DNA of 64,000 nt from a virus (IMGVR_UViG_3300016471_001002:147098-211097), one strand, 5' to 3'. Positions 47,905 through 57,136 are shown, counted from the first letter of the stretch. Notes: generated by a model from the letters alone, not told the origin. Translations and numbers: made by a program.

Positions 47905-48080
47905 CTGGGGAGTGATGGTAATGTTGTCTACGCGCGGGGGTGAGGGTAGAAAAATGGGCGGAGAATCCGGCCGGAATGTTTGCTCGTTGGTGACCCAAGA
48001 ATGGGTGAGGTGTGATGGCTCGGTGTCCGCCCAAAGTAATTATGGATTCATTTGCAATTAAGTGCTGTGAAATGTCGGGG

Positions 48081-49547
48081 TCAGCGCCACGCTCCGGTGG
48101 TGTGTGGGTTTGGGTCGAGCGAGATGGTGATCTCGTCGGTGGGGAAGTGAAGCTTGCAGCCTTGACCGAGGACCCATCCGCGTTTGATTCGAGAAGGTGA
48201 TGGTTTGTTGCATTCCCCATCGGTGAGGATGAGCATGCCGTCCCATTTACCTCGGTTCTTGGGGTCGTTGGCAAACTTGGTGGGTGCCTCGAAGTCGGTG
48301 CCGCCGCCGCGGACACGTTTGATGTCTGGGTTGGTGCCCTTCTTCCACTCGAACATTTCCTTGTCTGCGACCGTGTAGTCGAAGGGGAGGATGGTGACCG
48401 ACGTGCGTTTCGTGAGGATGGATAGTTCGCCGAAGAAAGCGGACAGCATCTCATTGGAGACTGAGCCGGATTGATCGATGGCGACGAGAAGTTTTGCGGT
48501 GTAGCCGCGTTTGGTGCCTGGGTGGATGTATGGGTAGCGCTTGTTGATGCGCTTCATGGTGGTGGTCTTGTTGCCACGTTCCAGGCTTCCGACGAAGTTG
48601 CGGAGGATGGCACGCCAGTCGACGATGTTGGCGACGGACTTGCGGATGTCTTCTCGGAGTTGGGATGGGATGTTGCCCCAGCCGTTGGCTTGTGAATCTG
48701 CTTTGCGAACGGCCTTTTCGACGATGCTGGAGACGCGTCCTTTCACCACCTCGCGGAGTTCTTCTGGGATTTGGTCCCAGCCTGAGTGGTCGTCCATTGA
48801 GTCCAGCCAGTCTTCTCCGCACGTGCATTTGGGACCATTTTCAGCATGGTCATGACCGCCGCCATGCTTGTGATCGCCAGAGGCATCAGATTTATTCTTG
48901 GAATTATCTGCATTGTTGTCACCGGCAGAATTATCCTGATTATTCTTGGGCTTGCCCTTGCCTCCTTGAGAGGATCCTTTGCCGTGGACCGGGCAGTTGT
49001 CCTGCATTTGTTGACGGACTTCATCTGCCTTTTGTTTCAGTTTGGTGAAGTACCATTCAGAAGATTGGGCGTGGGGGAATGACTCGATGAGGGAGCCGAG
49101 GGGCATGGCGTCCTTCTCTTCTTTGGTGAATTCGCGACCGTCCGGCGGGAGGGGAAAGACTCCTGGAATGAGGCCACCTCTGGGTAGTGCATTTTGTTTG
49201 GCGTTCTCGCCCGTGGTGATGATGGAGTTGATCGCAAGATCGGTTGCGATGTTCCACATTTTGGGAGGAGACTTGCGCCGATGGGTCAGATGGCAGAAGA
49301 CAAGATGATAGAACTCGTGGAGAAGAACGCCACGAACTTCTGCATCGGTCAACGATTTGAAGAAATCTGGATTCCAGTACAGGGTGATGTCGTCATATTC
49401 AGGGTCGAATGCGACCCCGGCCGTTGGGAGGTCCGCAGTGGGAGTCTTGCGGATGTATCGAGACATTTCCGCGAAGAAGGGTGCGTCCTGGAGGAATGAG
49501 ATCAGGTGGCGATCGATGTTGTAGTCGGTGTCGCTGTGGCTGAACAT
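48081..49547 (-). CDS. VWA-like domain protein with N-terminal metallopeptidase-like domain (DUF2201 type; MoxR partner)
   Basis: LLHEFYH, WNIATDLAIN; C-term VAIDQSGSV...GGGTDF...LILTDG (MIDAS). Confidence 0.88.
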   Translation of the reverse strand: MFSHSDTDYNIDRHLISFLQDAPFFAEMSRYIRKTPTADLPTAGVAFDPEYDDITLYWNPDFFKSLTDAEVRGVLLHEFYHLVFCHLTHRRKSPPKMWNIATDLAINSIITTGENAKQNALPRGGLIPGVFPLPPDGREFTKEEKDAMPLGSLIESFPHAQSSEWYFTKLKQKADEVRQQMQDNCPVHGKGSSQGGKGKPKNNQDNSAGDNNADNSKNKSDASGDHKHGGGHDHAENGPKCTCGEDWLDSMDDHSGWDQIPEELREVVKGRVSSIVEKAVRKADSQANGWGNIPSQLREDIRKSVANIVDWRAILRNFVGSLERGNKTTTMKRINKRYPYIHPGTKRGYTAKLLVAIDQSGSVSNEMLSAFFGELSILTKRTSVTILPFDYTVADKEMFEWKKGTNPDIKRVRGGGTDFEAPTKFANDPKNRGKWDGMLILTDGECNKPSPSRIKRGWVLGQGCKLHFPTDEITISLDPNPHTTGAWR

Positions 49548-49583
49548 GTTACTATCCTAACGCAATTTAGTTGAACATTGCAC
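49548..49583 (-). promoter_or_regulatory. GTGCAA-N18-TAGGAT-N6-ATG promoter (leaderless type)
   Basis: Minus strand GTGCAA TGTTCAACTAAATTGCGT TAGGAT AGTAAC ATG. Confidence 0.7.
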
Positions 49584-49621
49584 GGTTATAGTGCAACGAG
49601 TTGCAAAAAATGCAGGCTTGT

Positions 49622-49816
49622 TCACTTGTCTGTGTCTGGTTTGATCAGGTAGATCGTTGAAGAAATTGCATCCCTGAGGATTCTAGCATAAGCCCAACCT
49701 GTCAAGACGATGATGATTCCTGTGATGCCAAATTCCTTGTCGGAGGTTGACCACACGCTGGTCAAGGATAGTATGGCAGCGAAGGCAATATTCGAGTAGT
49801 GGTTGACGTTTTTCAT
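49622..49816 (-). CDS. small membrane protein
   Basis: Two hydrophobic segments; ATGA overlap. Confidence 0.5.
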   Translation of the reverse strand: MKNVNHYSNIAFAAILSLTSVWSTSDKEFGITGIIIVLTGWAYARILRDAISSTIYLIKPDTDK

Positions 49817-50004
49817 CCTAGGTCTACCGGTGAGATGGTGTCCATTCGCATTGCCTTGTCTTCGACAAGTTCTGCAAGTCTATTTGCTTCTTCGATTTCC
49901 TTGAAAGCATGTTCTGTTTTCATGTCGATGTAGAGTTTTGTTTCAACTGCGGTCGCATATCGCCTCAGGAATAGTGCGATGTGGATCAGGTCTTCGTATG
50001 TCAT
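49813..50004 (-). CDS. hypothetical protein
   Basis: ATGA overlap. Confidence 0.5.
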   Translation of the reverse strand: MTYEDLIHIALFLRRYATAVETKLYIDMKTEHAFKEIEEANRLAELVEDKAMRMDTISPVDLG

Positions 50005-50567
50005 CGCTTCTTCTTCTCCAGCTTTGCTCGCTTTTCTGCCATGATGACTTCGCGTGATCGGTTCTTCGTTCCGGGTGGACGACCTCGTCGTTTTGCGACT
50101 GGTTTGCCGTCTGGCCCGAGGAGAACGGGTTTTGGTTCTTCAGGGATTCCAGTTGGGTTCTTCTTCGGCCGGCCGCGTTTCTTATGACCGATGCAGAGTC
50201 CTTTGGACGTGGGAAGTTTGAATCGGTATCCTACCTTGATGCCTTGTACGAAGTTGCTGGTTGCCGATCGGTGGAGGTCATCATCCCAAAGAGCGAGATT
50301 GCCAGTTGCTGCGTCGATAGATTCGATCGTATAGGTCTTGGTGTCCAGCCACGGCTTGTGAGAGAGGACCGTCGCGACACGTTCAATGATGATCTTGTCT
50401 CCTGGTTCTGCAAGAAGGGTTGGTAGACCCATCTCATCGGTTTCGACTGCATCTGGGAGGTGATCGATCATGGGCTTGTTGGCTGCCTTGGCAGCTTCTT
50501 TTGCAGCAGCACGAGAGATCTCGTCCATCTCGTCGTTGACGATCGGGCCGTTGTCATCGTTGATCAT
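50001..50567 (-). CDS. hypothetical protein with two AT-hook motifs
   Basis: KKRGRPKK and KRRGRPPG. Confidence 0.7.
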   Translation of the reverse strand: MINDDNGPIVNDEMDEISRAAAKEAAKAANKPMIDHLPDAVETDEMGLPTLLAEPGDKIIIERVATVLSHKPWLDTKTYTIESIDAATGNLALWDDDLHRSATSNFVQGIKVGYRFKLPTSKGLCIGHKKRGRPKKNPTGIPEEPKPVLLGPDGKPVAKRRGRPPGTKNRSREVIMAEKRAKLEKKKR

Positions 50568-50659
50568 GAATCAATCCTAACATAATATGGAGAAACATTG
50601 CACTGCTTTTTTTCTTTTTTTCGGTGCAAAGTTTCCTGTTGACATGGTATATTGTGATC
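50568..50659. promoter_or_regulatory. back-to-back divergent GTGCAA-type promoters sharing a T-tract
   Basis: Minus: GTGCAA(50603)-N18-TAGGAT-N6-ATG(50567); plus: GTGCAA(50624)-N18-TATATT-N6-ATG(50660). Confidence 0.72.
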
Positions 50660-50893
50660 ATGGACTTGCTTTCAAAGGTTAAGTTTCGAACGTTGACACA
50701 GGACGAGTTTGATGCTCGGTATCCTGCTGTTCCAGAGCCAGAAGCTCGTGGACCTCGATTCACAGGTGAAGTTCAGGTTTCTGGGGTTGGGTGGGTCCCT
50801 GCGTCGGTTTTCAAGGGATTGCCTGACATGTACTTTCACAATGATGAGTGGGTTCGTTTTCAGCCGAAGACAGAATTCACGAAGATCCTGTGA
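50660..50893 (+). CDS. hypothetical protein
   Basis: Start fixed by promoter spacing (MDLLSKV). Confidence 0.6.
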   Translation: MDLLSKVKFRTLTQDEFDARYPAVPEPEARGPRFTGEVQVSGVGWVPASVFKGLPDMYFHNDEWVRFQPKTEFTKIL

Positions 50894-51147
50894 CATGGAC
50901 AGAGACGATCTGGTTCGGAAGATTAACAAGGTCGACGATTACGTAGGCGAGCACGTTATACCGATTGCTTGTGGGGCGGCCGGAACTTTCTTAAGCTTTT
51001 GCATCCTGTTTTATTCGAACAACGTAAAAGTCTACAACGAAAAAAAAATTCAACTTAGCAGTGTAAAGTTCGAGGAAGACAAGTTAAAGTTATCTTATCA
51101 ACGCGATCAAGATCGCAAACCAACGAAAAAGGAAAAGGAAAAAAACT

Positions 51148-51774
51148 ATGGATACGACGAACACTCAGGCACTCGACACGAAGCTCTCGGCCATCGACAA
51201 GGCTCTTGCGGCAGCCAAGGCACGCAAGGCAATGAAGGAAGGTACTTCGACGGACACGGTCGAGATTGCGACCTCAGTTCCACGCCAGAAGCAGACGAGT
51301 GAGCAGAAGGCCGCCAAGCTCGCGGAACGTGCCCAGCGTCAGGCGCAGCTGAAGGCAGATCGTGAGGCACGTCGAGCGGCTAAGGCTTCTCAGCCCAAGG
51401 GTCCTGCCCACATGAAGAAGATCGATCGTGCTGCAAGTAAGCTCCCATCGCTGAATGATCAAGCGCAGCTTCTGTTCAATGAGGCAACCACGAACTTCTC
51501 AGCTGAGCAGCTCACAGCCCTTGCATTGCACCTTCAGCACTTCAATCGTGTCAAGGCGACTGAACGTGCACTCGGTCAGAAGATCGAAGCTGGTCAGGCT
51601 GTTCGGATCATTGGTGGTGATCCTCGGTTTGTTGGCATGACTGGTACTGTCACCAAGGCGCAGCGGATTCGTTGCTACGTGTCAGTTCCTGGTTTCAAGC
51701 GAGATGCTTATTGCTTTACCTCAGATGTTGAGGTTTGCGAGGTAGCGCAGGCATCGACCGGTACTCACGGCTGA
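51148..51774 (+). CDS. hypothetical protein, coiled-coil plus C-terminal KOW/SH3-like domain
   Basis: GQAVRIIGG...GMTGTVTK; GTGTAA-N18-TAAAGT promoter at 51061. Confidence 0.7.
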   Translation: MDTTNTQALDTKLSAIDKALAAAKARKAMKEGTSTDTVEIATSVPRQKQTSEQKAAKLAERAQRQAQLKADREARRAAKASQPKGPAHMKKIDRAASKLPSLNDQAQLLFNEATTNFSAEQLTALALHLQHFNRVKATERALGQKIEAGQAVRIIGGDPRFVGMTGTVTKAQRIRCYVSVPGFKRDAYCFTSDVEVCEVAQASTGTHG

Positions 51775-51857
51775 TATAGCCACTTTCCGGTGGGTGAGAT
51801 GACTTCAATCTCACCGGACCAGTGTAAAGTTCTTTCAAGAAAGGGTATTATAGAACC

Positions 51858-52073
51858 ATGAAGAAGCAAGTCATTCAGTTGGCGCAAGCTCTTTATCCGA
51901 ATTCGCTCGTCGAGGTGACCGGTGGCAGGAAACGGCACAACGGTGGTAAGAAGCCCTACTTCATCGTCCAGGTCAACGTGGACGGATTATGCCTCACGTC
52001 AGCCGCCGAGAAGGACGCAAAGACCGCGTATAAGACCGCTGGAATCAAGCTATCGAAAGGAGTCGTGACGTGA
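51858..52073 (+). CDS. hypothetical protein
   Basis: GTGTAA(51822)-N18-TATTAT-N6-ATG. Confidence 0.65.
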   Translation: MKKQVIQLAQALYPNSLVEVTGGRKRHNGGKKPYFIVQVNVDGLCLTSAAEKDAKTAYKTAGIKLSKGVVT

Positions 52074-52255
52074 CAAAAGATCAGACCATCTCTGCATACA
52101 ATCGAATCAATGGTATGCTTACTATCACTGAAGAACTCGTTAATCTTTACAAGCCAGAGTCAAAAGTGTTATCCGAGTTGATGCTAGCATATACGGCGCT
52201 TAAGATGGCCCAGAACGAACTGGGTTGGGATCCTGATCCTAAGCATGAGTCATGA
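52070..52255 (+). CDS. hypothetical protein
   Basis: GTGA overlap. Confidence 0.5.
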   Translation: MTKDQTISAYNRINGMLTITEELVNLYKPESKVLSELMLAYTALKMAQNELGWDPDPKHES

Positions 52256-52566
52256 ACCATCTGGAAGCCCTCCAGCTCCACCTGAAGCATCCTCAGCGAA
52301 GAGGGGTAGGGGGACCGGTCCCACCTGTTGTCTGCGCCGATGGTTTTGCCATGTCTGTCCAGGCCAATGAGTTCGTCTATTGCGAACCCAAGAACAACAT
52401 GGGTCCATGGCGGTCAGTAGAGATAGGGTTCCCCAGTAGAGTTGAGCCTCTCCTTTTGAATTATGCAGAATCGCCAGGGAACTGGACAGACACCGTATAT
52501 CCGTATGTCCCCGTCGAGCTGGTGGCAGCAGTCATTGAAGTTCACGGTGGAATGAAAGATTCATAA
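52252..52566 (+). CDS. conserved phage hypothetical protein
   Basis: CADGFAMSVQA...YCEP...VEIGFPS...VYPYVP...VIEVHGG. Confidence 0.7.
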   Translation: MNHLEALQLHLKHPQRRGVGGPVPPVVCADGFAMSVQANEFVYCEPKNNMGPWRSVEIGFPSRVEPLLLNYAESPGNWTDTVYPYVPVELVAAVIEVHGGMKDS

Positions 52567-52615
52567 AAAGATTTCAATAGTGCAAAGTGTTTGATTAACA
52601 GGATAGGATAAGACC

Positions 52616-53749
52616 ATGACCACGATGCAAGTACGAACGTTTCTGAAGGTTGCTCCACTTCTTCCTCGTGCCACGTCGGTTCTCCTCCGCGGAAACCATG
52701 GCATCGGCAAGAGTCAAGTTGTTCGGCAGGTTGCCAGCATCATCGCATCAAATGAGGAAATGAAGAACTTTGAAGTCATCGACCGGCGGCTGTCTCAGAT
52801 GTCCGAAGGTGACATGATTGGTCTTCCCTCTACGGATGGTGAGGTGACTCGTTTCAATCCTCCTTCATGGTACAAGGAGGCATGCGTTAAGCCGGTATGT
52901 CTCTTCCTCGATGAGCTGAATCGTGCGACCCCTGAGGTCATGCAGGCTGCATTCCAGATTGTTCTGGATCGTGAGCTCAATGGGTGGCAACTTCATCCTC
53001 AGACTCGCGTTTTTGCGGCCATCAACACTGGTGGATCGTATACCGTCAATGAGATGGACCCTGCACTTCTTGATCGATTTTGGGCCATCGACCTGACGCC
53101 GGACGTAGAGGATTGGATTGCATGGGCCAAGGATTCCGGTAAGGTCCATGAGAATGTGATTACGTTCATCACGGGAAACGATAAGTGGATCGATCCTCCT
53201 AAGGGTGGAGATCCAGGCGCTGTGTCCCCTAGTCGTCGTAGCTGGGAACGCCTCAGCAATGCACTTGTCCAGACCGGTATCGCCGAGCAGCCAGACAATC
53301 CACTCTTCTACCCGCTCTGCTTGGGGTATGTCGGTACTGAGGCAACGATCGCATTCCATGACTATGTTAAGACGATCGAGGCACAGGTTACTGGCGAGGA
53401 GATCCTTAACCAGTATCCTCAAGTCAAGAAGAAGATTGAGCGTCTTGGTCAAGAGAAGCTCAACATCGCAATCGATAAGCTTGCAGATTACATCCTGAAG
53501 AACATCACGACCGTGAATGACACCCAAGGTCAGAACCTGAAGGACTTTATGGAATATCTTCCTGCAGAGCTTCGAGTCGCTGCATGGTCAAAGTTCACGG
53601 CATCAGGAGTTGAGAAGCTCGAACTTACGAAGAGCATTCACAAGTGGTGCGTCGGTGCAATCCTGGAAGCTTTGAGTGTGCCGAAGGCAGACATCGACAA
53701 GGCCGTACAGCCTGTCAAGGCTTCTTCAAAGAAGGGCAAGTCGAAGTGA
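52616..53749 (+). CDS. MoxR-like AAA+ ATPase
   Basis: LRGNHGIGKS (Walker A), LFLDELNRA (Walker B), FAAIN, MDPALLDRF, SPSRRSWE; promoter GTGCAA(52580)-N18-TAGGAT-N6-ATG. Confidence 0.9.
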   Translation: MTTMQVRTFLKVAPLLPRATSVLLRGNHGIGKSQVVRQVASIIASNEEMKNFEVIDRRLSQMSEGDMIGLPSTDGEVTRFNPPSWYKEACVKPVCLFLDELNRATPEVMQAAFQIVLDRELNGWQLHPQTRVFAAINTGGSYTVNEMDPALLDRFWAIDLTPDVEDWIAWAKDSGKVHENVITFITGNDKWIDPPKGGDPGAVSPSRRSWERLSNALVQTGIAEQPDNPLFYPLCLGYVGTEATIAFHDYVKTIEAQVTGEEILNQYPQVKKKIERLGQEKLNIAIDKLADYILKNITTVNDTQGQNLKDFMEYLPAELRVAAWSKFTASGVEKLELTKSIHKWCVGAILEALSVPKADIDKAVQPVKASSKKGKSK

Positions 53750-53756
53750 GGTAGTC

Positions 53757-54323
53757 ATGGCCGAGTTCGACCCTCGTAAGCGGGAAGATAAAGCTTGGTC
53801 TAAGTATGCTCGGGTGGCGAAGAAGTTGTCACCCGAGCGTAAGTCAATTCAAGCAAAAAAGTTATCTGATGAAATAGCAGCTGTCAATGGTATCAAGCTA
53901 TTGATCGATTGGTGCGAATCAAAAAAGATTAACGTTGAATTTACGAACAGGAAGTGTGGAGGAGGCTACGTCGCCGCAGAGAAGACGATTTACGTTAACT
54001 CAACACAAACTGCTGAAAAGCAATTGTTCGTTCTTATCCACGAATGTGGTCATTTGTTGATCGACAATAACGCAGAAACGACAGAGCTTCGCTTCAGGCA
54101 TGGGTATCTAACCCCCGATCCCAATATGCGAAGAAAGTTTATCCATCGATGCACTGTCGTAGAAGAAGAATTTGAAGCGTGGCACAGAGGTAGAAAGTTA
54201 GCCTCGAAGCTTGGAATTGAAATAAATGACGAACGCTTTTCTGCCACCAAGGCATACATGTTAAAGTCTTACATGAAGTGGGCAATTGGTGATCCCAACT
54301 TCCAGGAGGATGGCCCAGGATAA
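53757..54323 (+). CDS. ImmA/IrrE-like HExxH metallopeptidase-domain protein
   Basis: LIHECGH...EEEFEAWHRG; start MAEFDP with GAGG RBS. Confidence 0.65.
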   Translation: MAEFDPRKREDKAWSKYARVAKKLSPERKSIQAKKLSDEIAAVNGIKLLIDWCESKKINVEFTNRKCGGGYVAAEKTIYVNSTQTAEKQLFVLIHECGHLLIDNNAETTELRFRHGYLTPDPNMRRKFIHRCTVVEEEFEAWHRGRKLASKLGIEINDERFSATKAYMLKSYMKWAIGDPNFQEDGPG

Positions 54324-54386
54324 TTCAAAAAATGATCACATAAATTTATGCATTTGAATTTAAAAGAATTTGTGTGATGCATAAAT

Positions 54387-55007
54387 ATGATCATGAGCCG
54401 CAAGCGCAAGTGGAAGAGCTTGAAGCATAAGGTCGAGCACTTGAGGTTGGAGATTGAGGATCGCAATGAAACCATTCAAGAGCTTGAATCTGGATTCTTG
54501 CAAGCGTTGTCAGAATTGACCGACGGATCTCCTGTACCTGATCCTGAGATTCCAGAACCTGTCCCGACCGCGTCTGTTGTGGGCGCAGATGGTATTCCTT
54601 CTGAAGAACCTGCAGCTGTGGATAGTGCGCCGAAAGGTGAACCATTACCTGAAGACATCAAGAAGCTCTGGAAGACAATCGCCAGCATGACTCATCCTGA
54701 TCGTACAAAGAACGATCCTCATAAGACAAAACTGTACCTTGAAGCCAGCAAAGCAGTTGAAGATGGTGCAGTGGATGAGATCCTTCGAATTGCAATTGAG
54801 TTGAACATCGATATTCCTGAAGCTTCAGAGGGTGCAGTATTGAAGCTTGAATCGATTGCAAAGGATCTTCAAAAGCAGCTTGTTGAAACTGAAAATTCTG
54901 TTTTATGGCAATGGGGCACCGCGACTGAAGAAGTGAAGAAGAAGATCCTAGATGCTTACATAAAGATGAGGAAACTAAAAAGAAAAGAATCTCCTCAATC
55001 AGTGTAA
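54387..55007 (+). CDS. J-domain-like protein
   Basis: IKKLWKTIASMTHPDR (HPD motif) preceded by a coiled coil and a Pro-rich linker. Confidence 0.65.
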   Translation: MIMSRKRKWKSLKHKVEHLRLEIEDRNETIQELESGFLQALSELTDGSPVPDPEIPEPVPTASVVGADGIPSEEPAAVDSAPKGEPLPEDIKKLWKTIASMTHPDRTKNDPHKTKLYLEASKAVEDGAVDEILRIAIELNIDIPEASEGAVLKLESIAKDLQKQLVETENSVLWQWGTATEEVKKKILDAYIKMRKLKRKESPQSV

Positions 55008-55044
55008 AGTTACAAGAAAACTTGTTAGATTATATCTATCGGCG

Positions 55045-55449
55045 ATGGCACTTAAGAAGAAAGTCACGTGGAGTTCGGGCCAAGGTCCTACCTCACGTAA
55101 CGTTGCCAAGATGCCAGCATACTTCCCCACCCCAGAGATTGTCGACCAAGAACTTAAGGATGCATGGTCCCAGATCGTCGTTGGACAAATTTGTCTTGTA
55201 ACCGACGAAATGAATGCCTTCCCGTCAAACGACGGTTTGTATCCGTACCCAATCATGAGGCAAGGCGGATGGTACGGAGATGCATCGGTTAATATCGGAC
55301 AACCAGTTGTTTATATTGGACAAACGAACGTAAATTGTCTAGGAACAAAAGGCAGAATCATCTCAAAACCTTACGCAACAATCTTTTACAACGGATCAAA
55401 GTATCTGGTCTCAGATCCAAATTGTCTCAAACCTATCGGAATGGATTGA
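55045..55449 (+). CDS. hypothetical protein
   Basis: GTGTAA(55002)-N18-TAGATT promoter upstream. Confidence 0.6.
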   Translation: MALKKKVTWSSGQGPTSRNVAKMPAYFPTPEIVDQELKDAWSQIVVGQICLVTDEMNAFPSNDGLYPYPIMRQGGWYGDASVNIGQPVVYIGQTNVNCLGTKGRIISKPYATIFYNGSKYLVSDPNCLKPIGMD

Positions 55450-55451
55450 AC

Positions 55452-55745
55452 ATGGAAACGAACGAACAAAAGAACGTTGAAAAGCTTGTTCTTCTCACCA
55501 CACAGCGAGTCTTTGACGACTCAATCGGCGCGAAGGTTCTTCAAGTCGAACTGTCAGGGGCGTGGGTCGAAGTTGATGAGGATATCTTCATTTCGTGGAC
55601 GGGACTTCGTCGAATCAACGGAGAAGATTACCACGGACCGGTTTATAACTTCAATTCTGGATCTGAAACCCCTTATGCCGGTTCTCGTACGTGCAAGTGT
55701 GGTGTTTGTCAAGAACATGTTGAGCCCAGTCTAAAAGCGAATTGA
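55452..55745 (+). CDS. hypothetical protein
   Basis: Start METNEQK; C-terminal CKC.VC..H. Confidence 0.55.
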   Translation: METNEQKNVEKLVLLTTQRVFDDSIGAKVLQVELSGAWVEVDEDIFISWTGLRRINGEDYHGPVYNFNSGSETPYAGSRTCKCGVCQEHVEPSLKAN

Positions 55746-55785
55746 GACAGTGTAAAATCAGCTAGCCTTGTGGTAGTATAACAAT

Positions 55786-56055
55786 ATGACAAACACCAAC
55801 CGAACACTAGGTAAGCTTTACACGGCATACATCGTTCGCGATGCAAACAGCCGCCGATTCCTCAACACTCGCACCTATTCAGGTCGCCAGCGTGGAATCT
55901 GGGACACAATTGATAATTCAGAGGTCTTCTACACTCGCGAGCAGGCACAGAGCTGCGCAAGCAACATCAATGCCCGCCGACCAGATGGAACCTCATCGTA
56001 CTTCGCACAGGTACGTGAGATCAAGCTACGCGGTCGTGGACGCCTGGTAAAGTGA
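55786..56055 (+). CDS. hypothetical basic protein
   Basis: GTGTAA(55750)-N18-TAGTAT-N6-ATG. Confidence 0.65.
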   Translation: MTNTNRTLGKLYTAYIVRDANSRRFLNTRTYSGRQRGIWDTIDNSEVFYTREQAQSCASNINARRPDGTSSYFAQVREIKLRGRGRLVK

Positions 56056-56067
56056 ACTTGGAGCCCC

Positions 56068-56095
56068 GCCGGAGAGGCTGATATCTCCGGCACCA
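56068..56095 (+). other. acceptor-stem microhelix ending in ACCA (collapsed tRNA-like element)
   Basis: GCCGGAGA-GGCTGATA-TCTCCGGC-ACCA. Confidence 0.5.
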
Positions 56096-56097
56096 AT

Positions 56098-56179
56098 GCC
56101 CCGATGGCGAAATCGGTATCCGCAGAAAATTTAAAATTTTCCGTCGAAAGACATGCCAGTTCGAGTCTGGCTCGGGGCA
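56098..56179 (+). tRNA. trnL: tRNA-Leu (UAA)
   Basis: GCCCCGA/TCGGGGC-A; GAAAA-TTTAAAA-TTTTC; long variable arm; TTCGAGT. Confidence 0.9.
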
Positions 56180-56215
56180 CAAAGTTCTCTGTCTTTGACA
56201 ATTTAAGATTACTGA

Positions 56216-56297
56216 GCCGCTCTGGCGGAACTGGCATACGCATCGGTTTCAAACTCCGACGTCCTCGGACTTGTGGGTTCGACTCCCACGGGCGGCA
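56216..56297 (+). tRNA. trnL: tRNA-Leu (CAA)
   Basis: GCCGCTC/GGGCGGC-A; loop TTCAAAC; long variable arm; TTCGACT. Confidence 0.88.
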
Positions 56298-56301
56298 CAA
56301 T

Positions 56302-56334
56302 GCACCAATAGCTCAGCCGGATAGAGCAGCGCAG
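56302..56334 (+). pseudogene. tRNA 5'-half (Arg-type D-arm), truncated before the anticodon
   Basis: GCACCAA-TA-GCTC-AGCCGGATA-GAGC-AGCGCA, then TATATATATG start of the endonuclease; no matching 3' half found. Confidence 0.7.
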
Positions 56335-56341
56335 TATATAT

Positions 56342-57136
56342 ATGAGTATGACATTACTCAAATGTAGATATTGCTCGGTTGAATTTGAAAACAAAGCTAA
56401 ATTATCTGGACATGTTACTTGGTGTATTCTTAATCCAAAAAGAAAAAAGAACTTAGAAACGTTAAGTAATTCTAGATCAAAGATCAAAAATAATCTCTTT
56501 GACGAGATTACAAAATCGTGCAAGTGGTGCGGAAAAGAATTGACCTTAGTAAGATCTGCTTTTATTAATCATGTTCGTTGGTGTGATTTAAATCCAAATC
56601 TTGAAAAGTACAAAGAGACTCTTAAGCAAAGTTCCTCTTTAAACAAAGAATCAATTGAAAAAATGCGTTCTTCTTTAAAAGAAGCGCATAAACGAGGAGC
56701 ATATAAAGATGCTCATGAAAAGTTGAGAGGAAAGCCCGGGCGTAAACATTCGGAAGAAGAAAAAGAGAATCTTTCGAAAAAAAGAAAAGAATGGCTTACG
56801 AAGAATCCTGATAGGCATCCTTGGAAAAGAAATGAAAAGTTCGTTAGCATTCCTTGCGAAAAGCTAAAGAATGATTTGAAAAATGAAGGGGTTCTCTTTG
56901 AGGAAGAATTTACACCGCTACCAGATCGCTACTTTTCACTAGACATAGCTTTTCCAGAAAAAAAGTTAGGAATTGAAGTTAACGGAGAACAGCACTACAA
57001 TCGCGATGGAACATTACGAAAGTACTATCAAGAACGTCATGACTTAATCGAATCCGCAGGATGGAAATTGCTTGAACTTCATTATAAAGATTGTTATAAT
57101 GAAGATGTAGTCGATAAAATAAAGAAACTTTTATAA
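56342..57136 (+). CDS. putative homing endonuclease (Zn-finger repeats, NUMOD3-like, DUF559/Vsr-like PD-(D/E)xK domain)
   Basis: CRYC..GHVTWC, CKWC..NHVRWC; GKPGRKHSEEEKENLS; LDIAFPEKKLGIEVNGEQHY. Confidence 0.8.
   Translation: MSMTLLKCRYCSVEFENKAKLSGHVTWCILNPKRKKNLETLSNSRSKIKNNLFDEITKSCKWCGKELTLVRSAFINHVRWCDLNPNLEKYKETLKQSSSLNKESIEKMRSSLKEAHKRGAYKDAHEKLRGKPGRKHSEEEKENLSKKRKEWLTKNPDRHPWKRNEKFVSIPCEKLKNDLKNEGVLFEEEFTPLPDRYFSLDIAFPEKKLGIEVNGEQHYNRDGTLRKYYQERHDLIESAGWKLLELHYKDCYNEDVVDKIKKLL

Noticed and set aside
47696-48454. 252-aa and other ORFs across the skewed region
   Set aside because: Low-complexity Pro/Ser/Thr translations caused by strand skew; they overlap the VWA gene in other frames
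50709-51302. 197-aa ORF overlapping two better-supported genes
   Set aside because: It overlaps 50660-50893 and 51148-51774 and contains a promoter at 51061; at most a short hydrophobic gene from 50895 is real, and this could not be resolved
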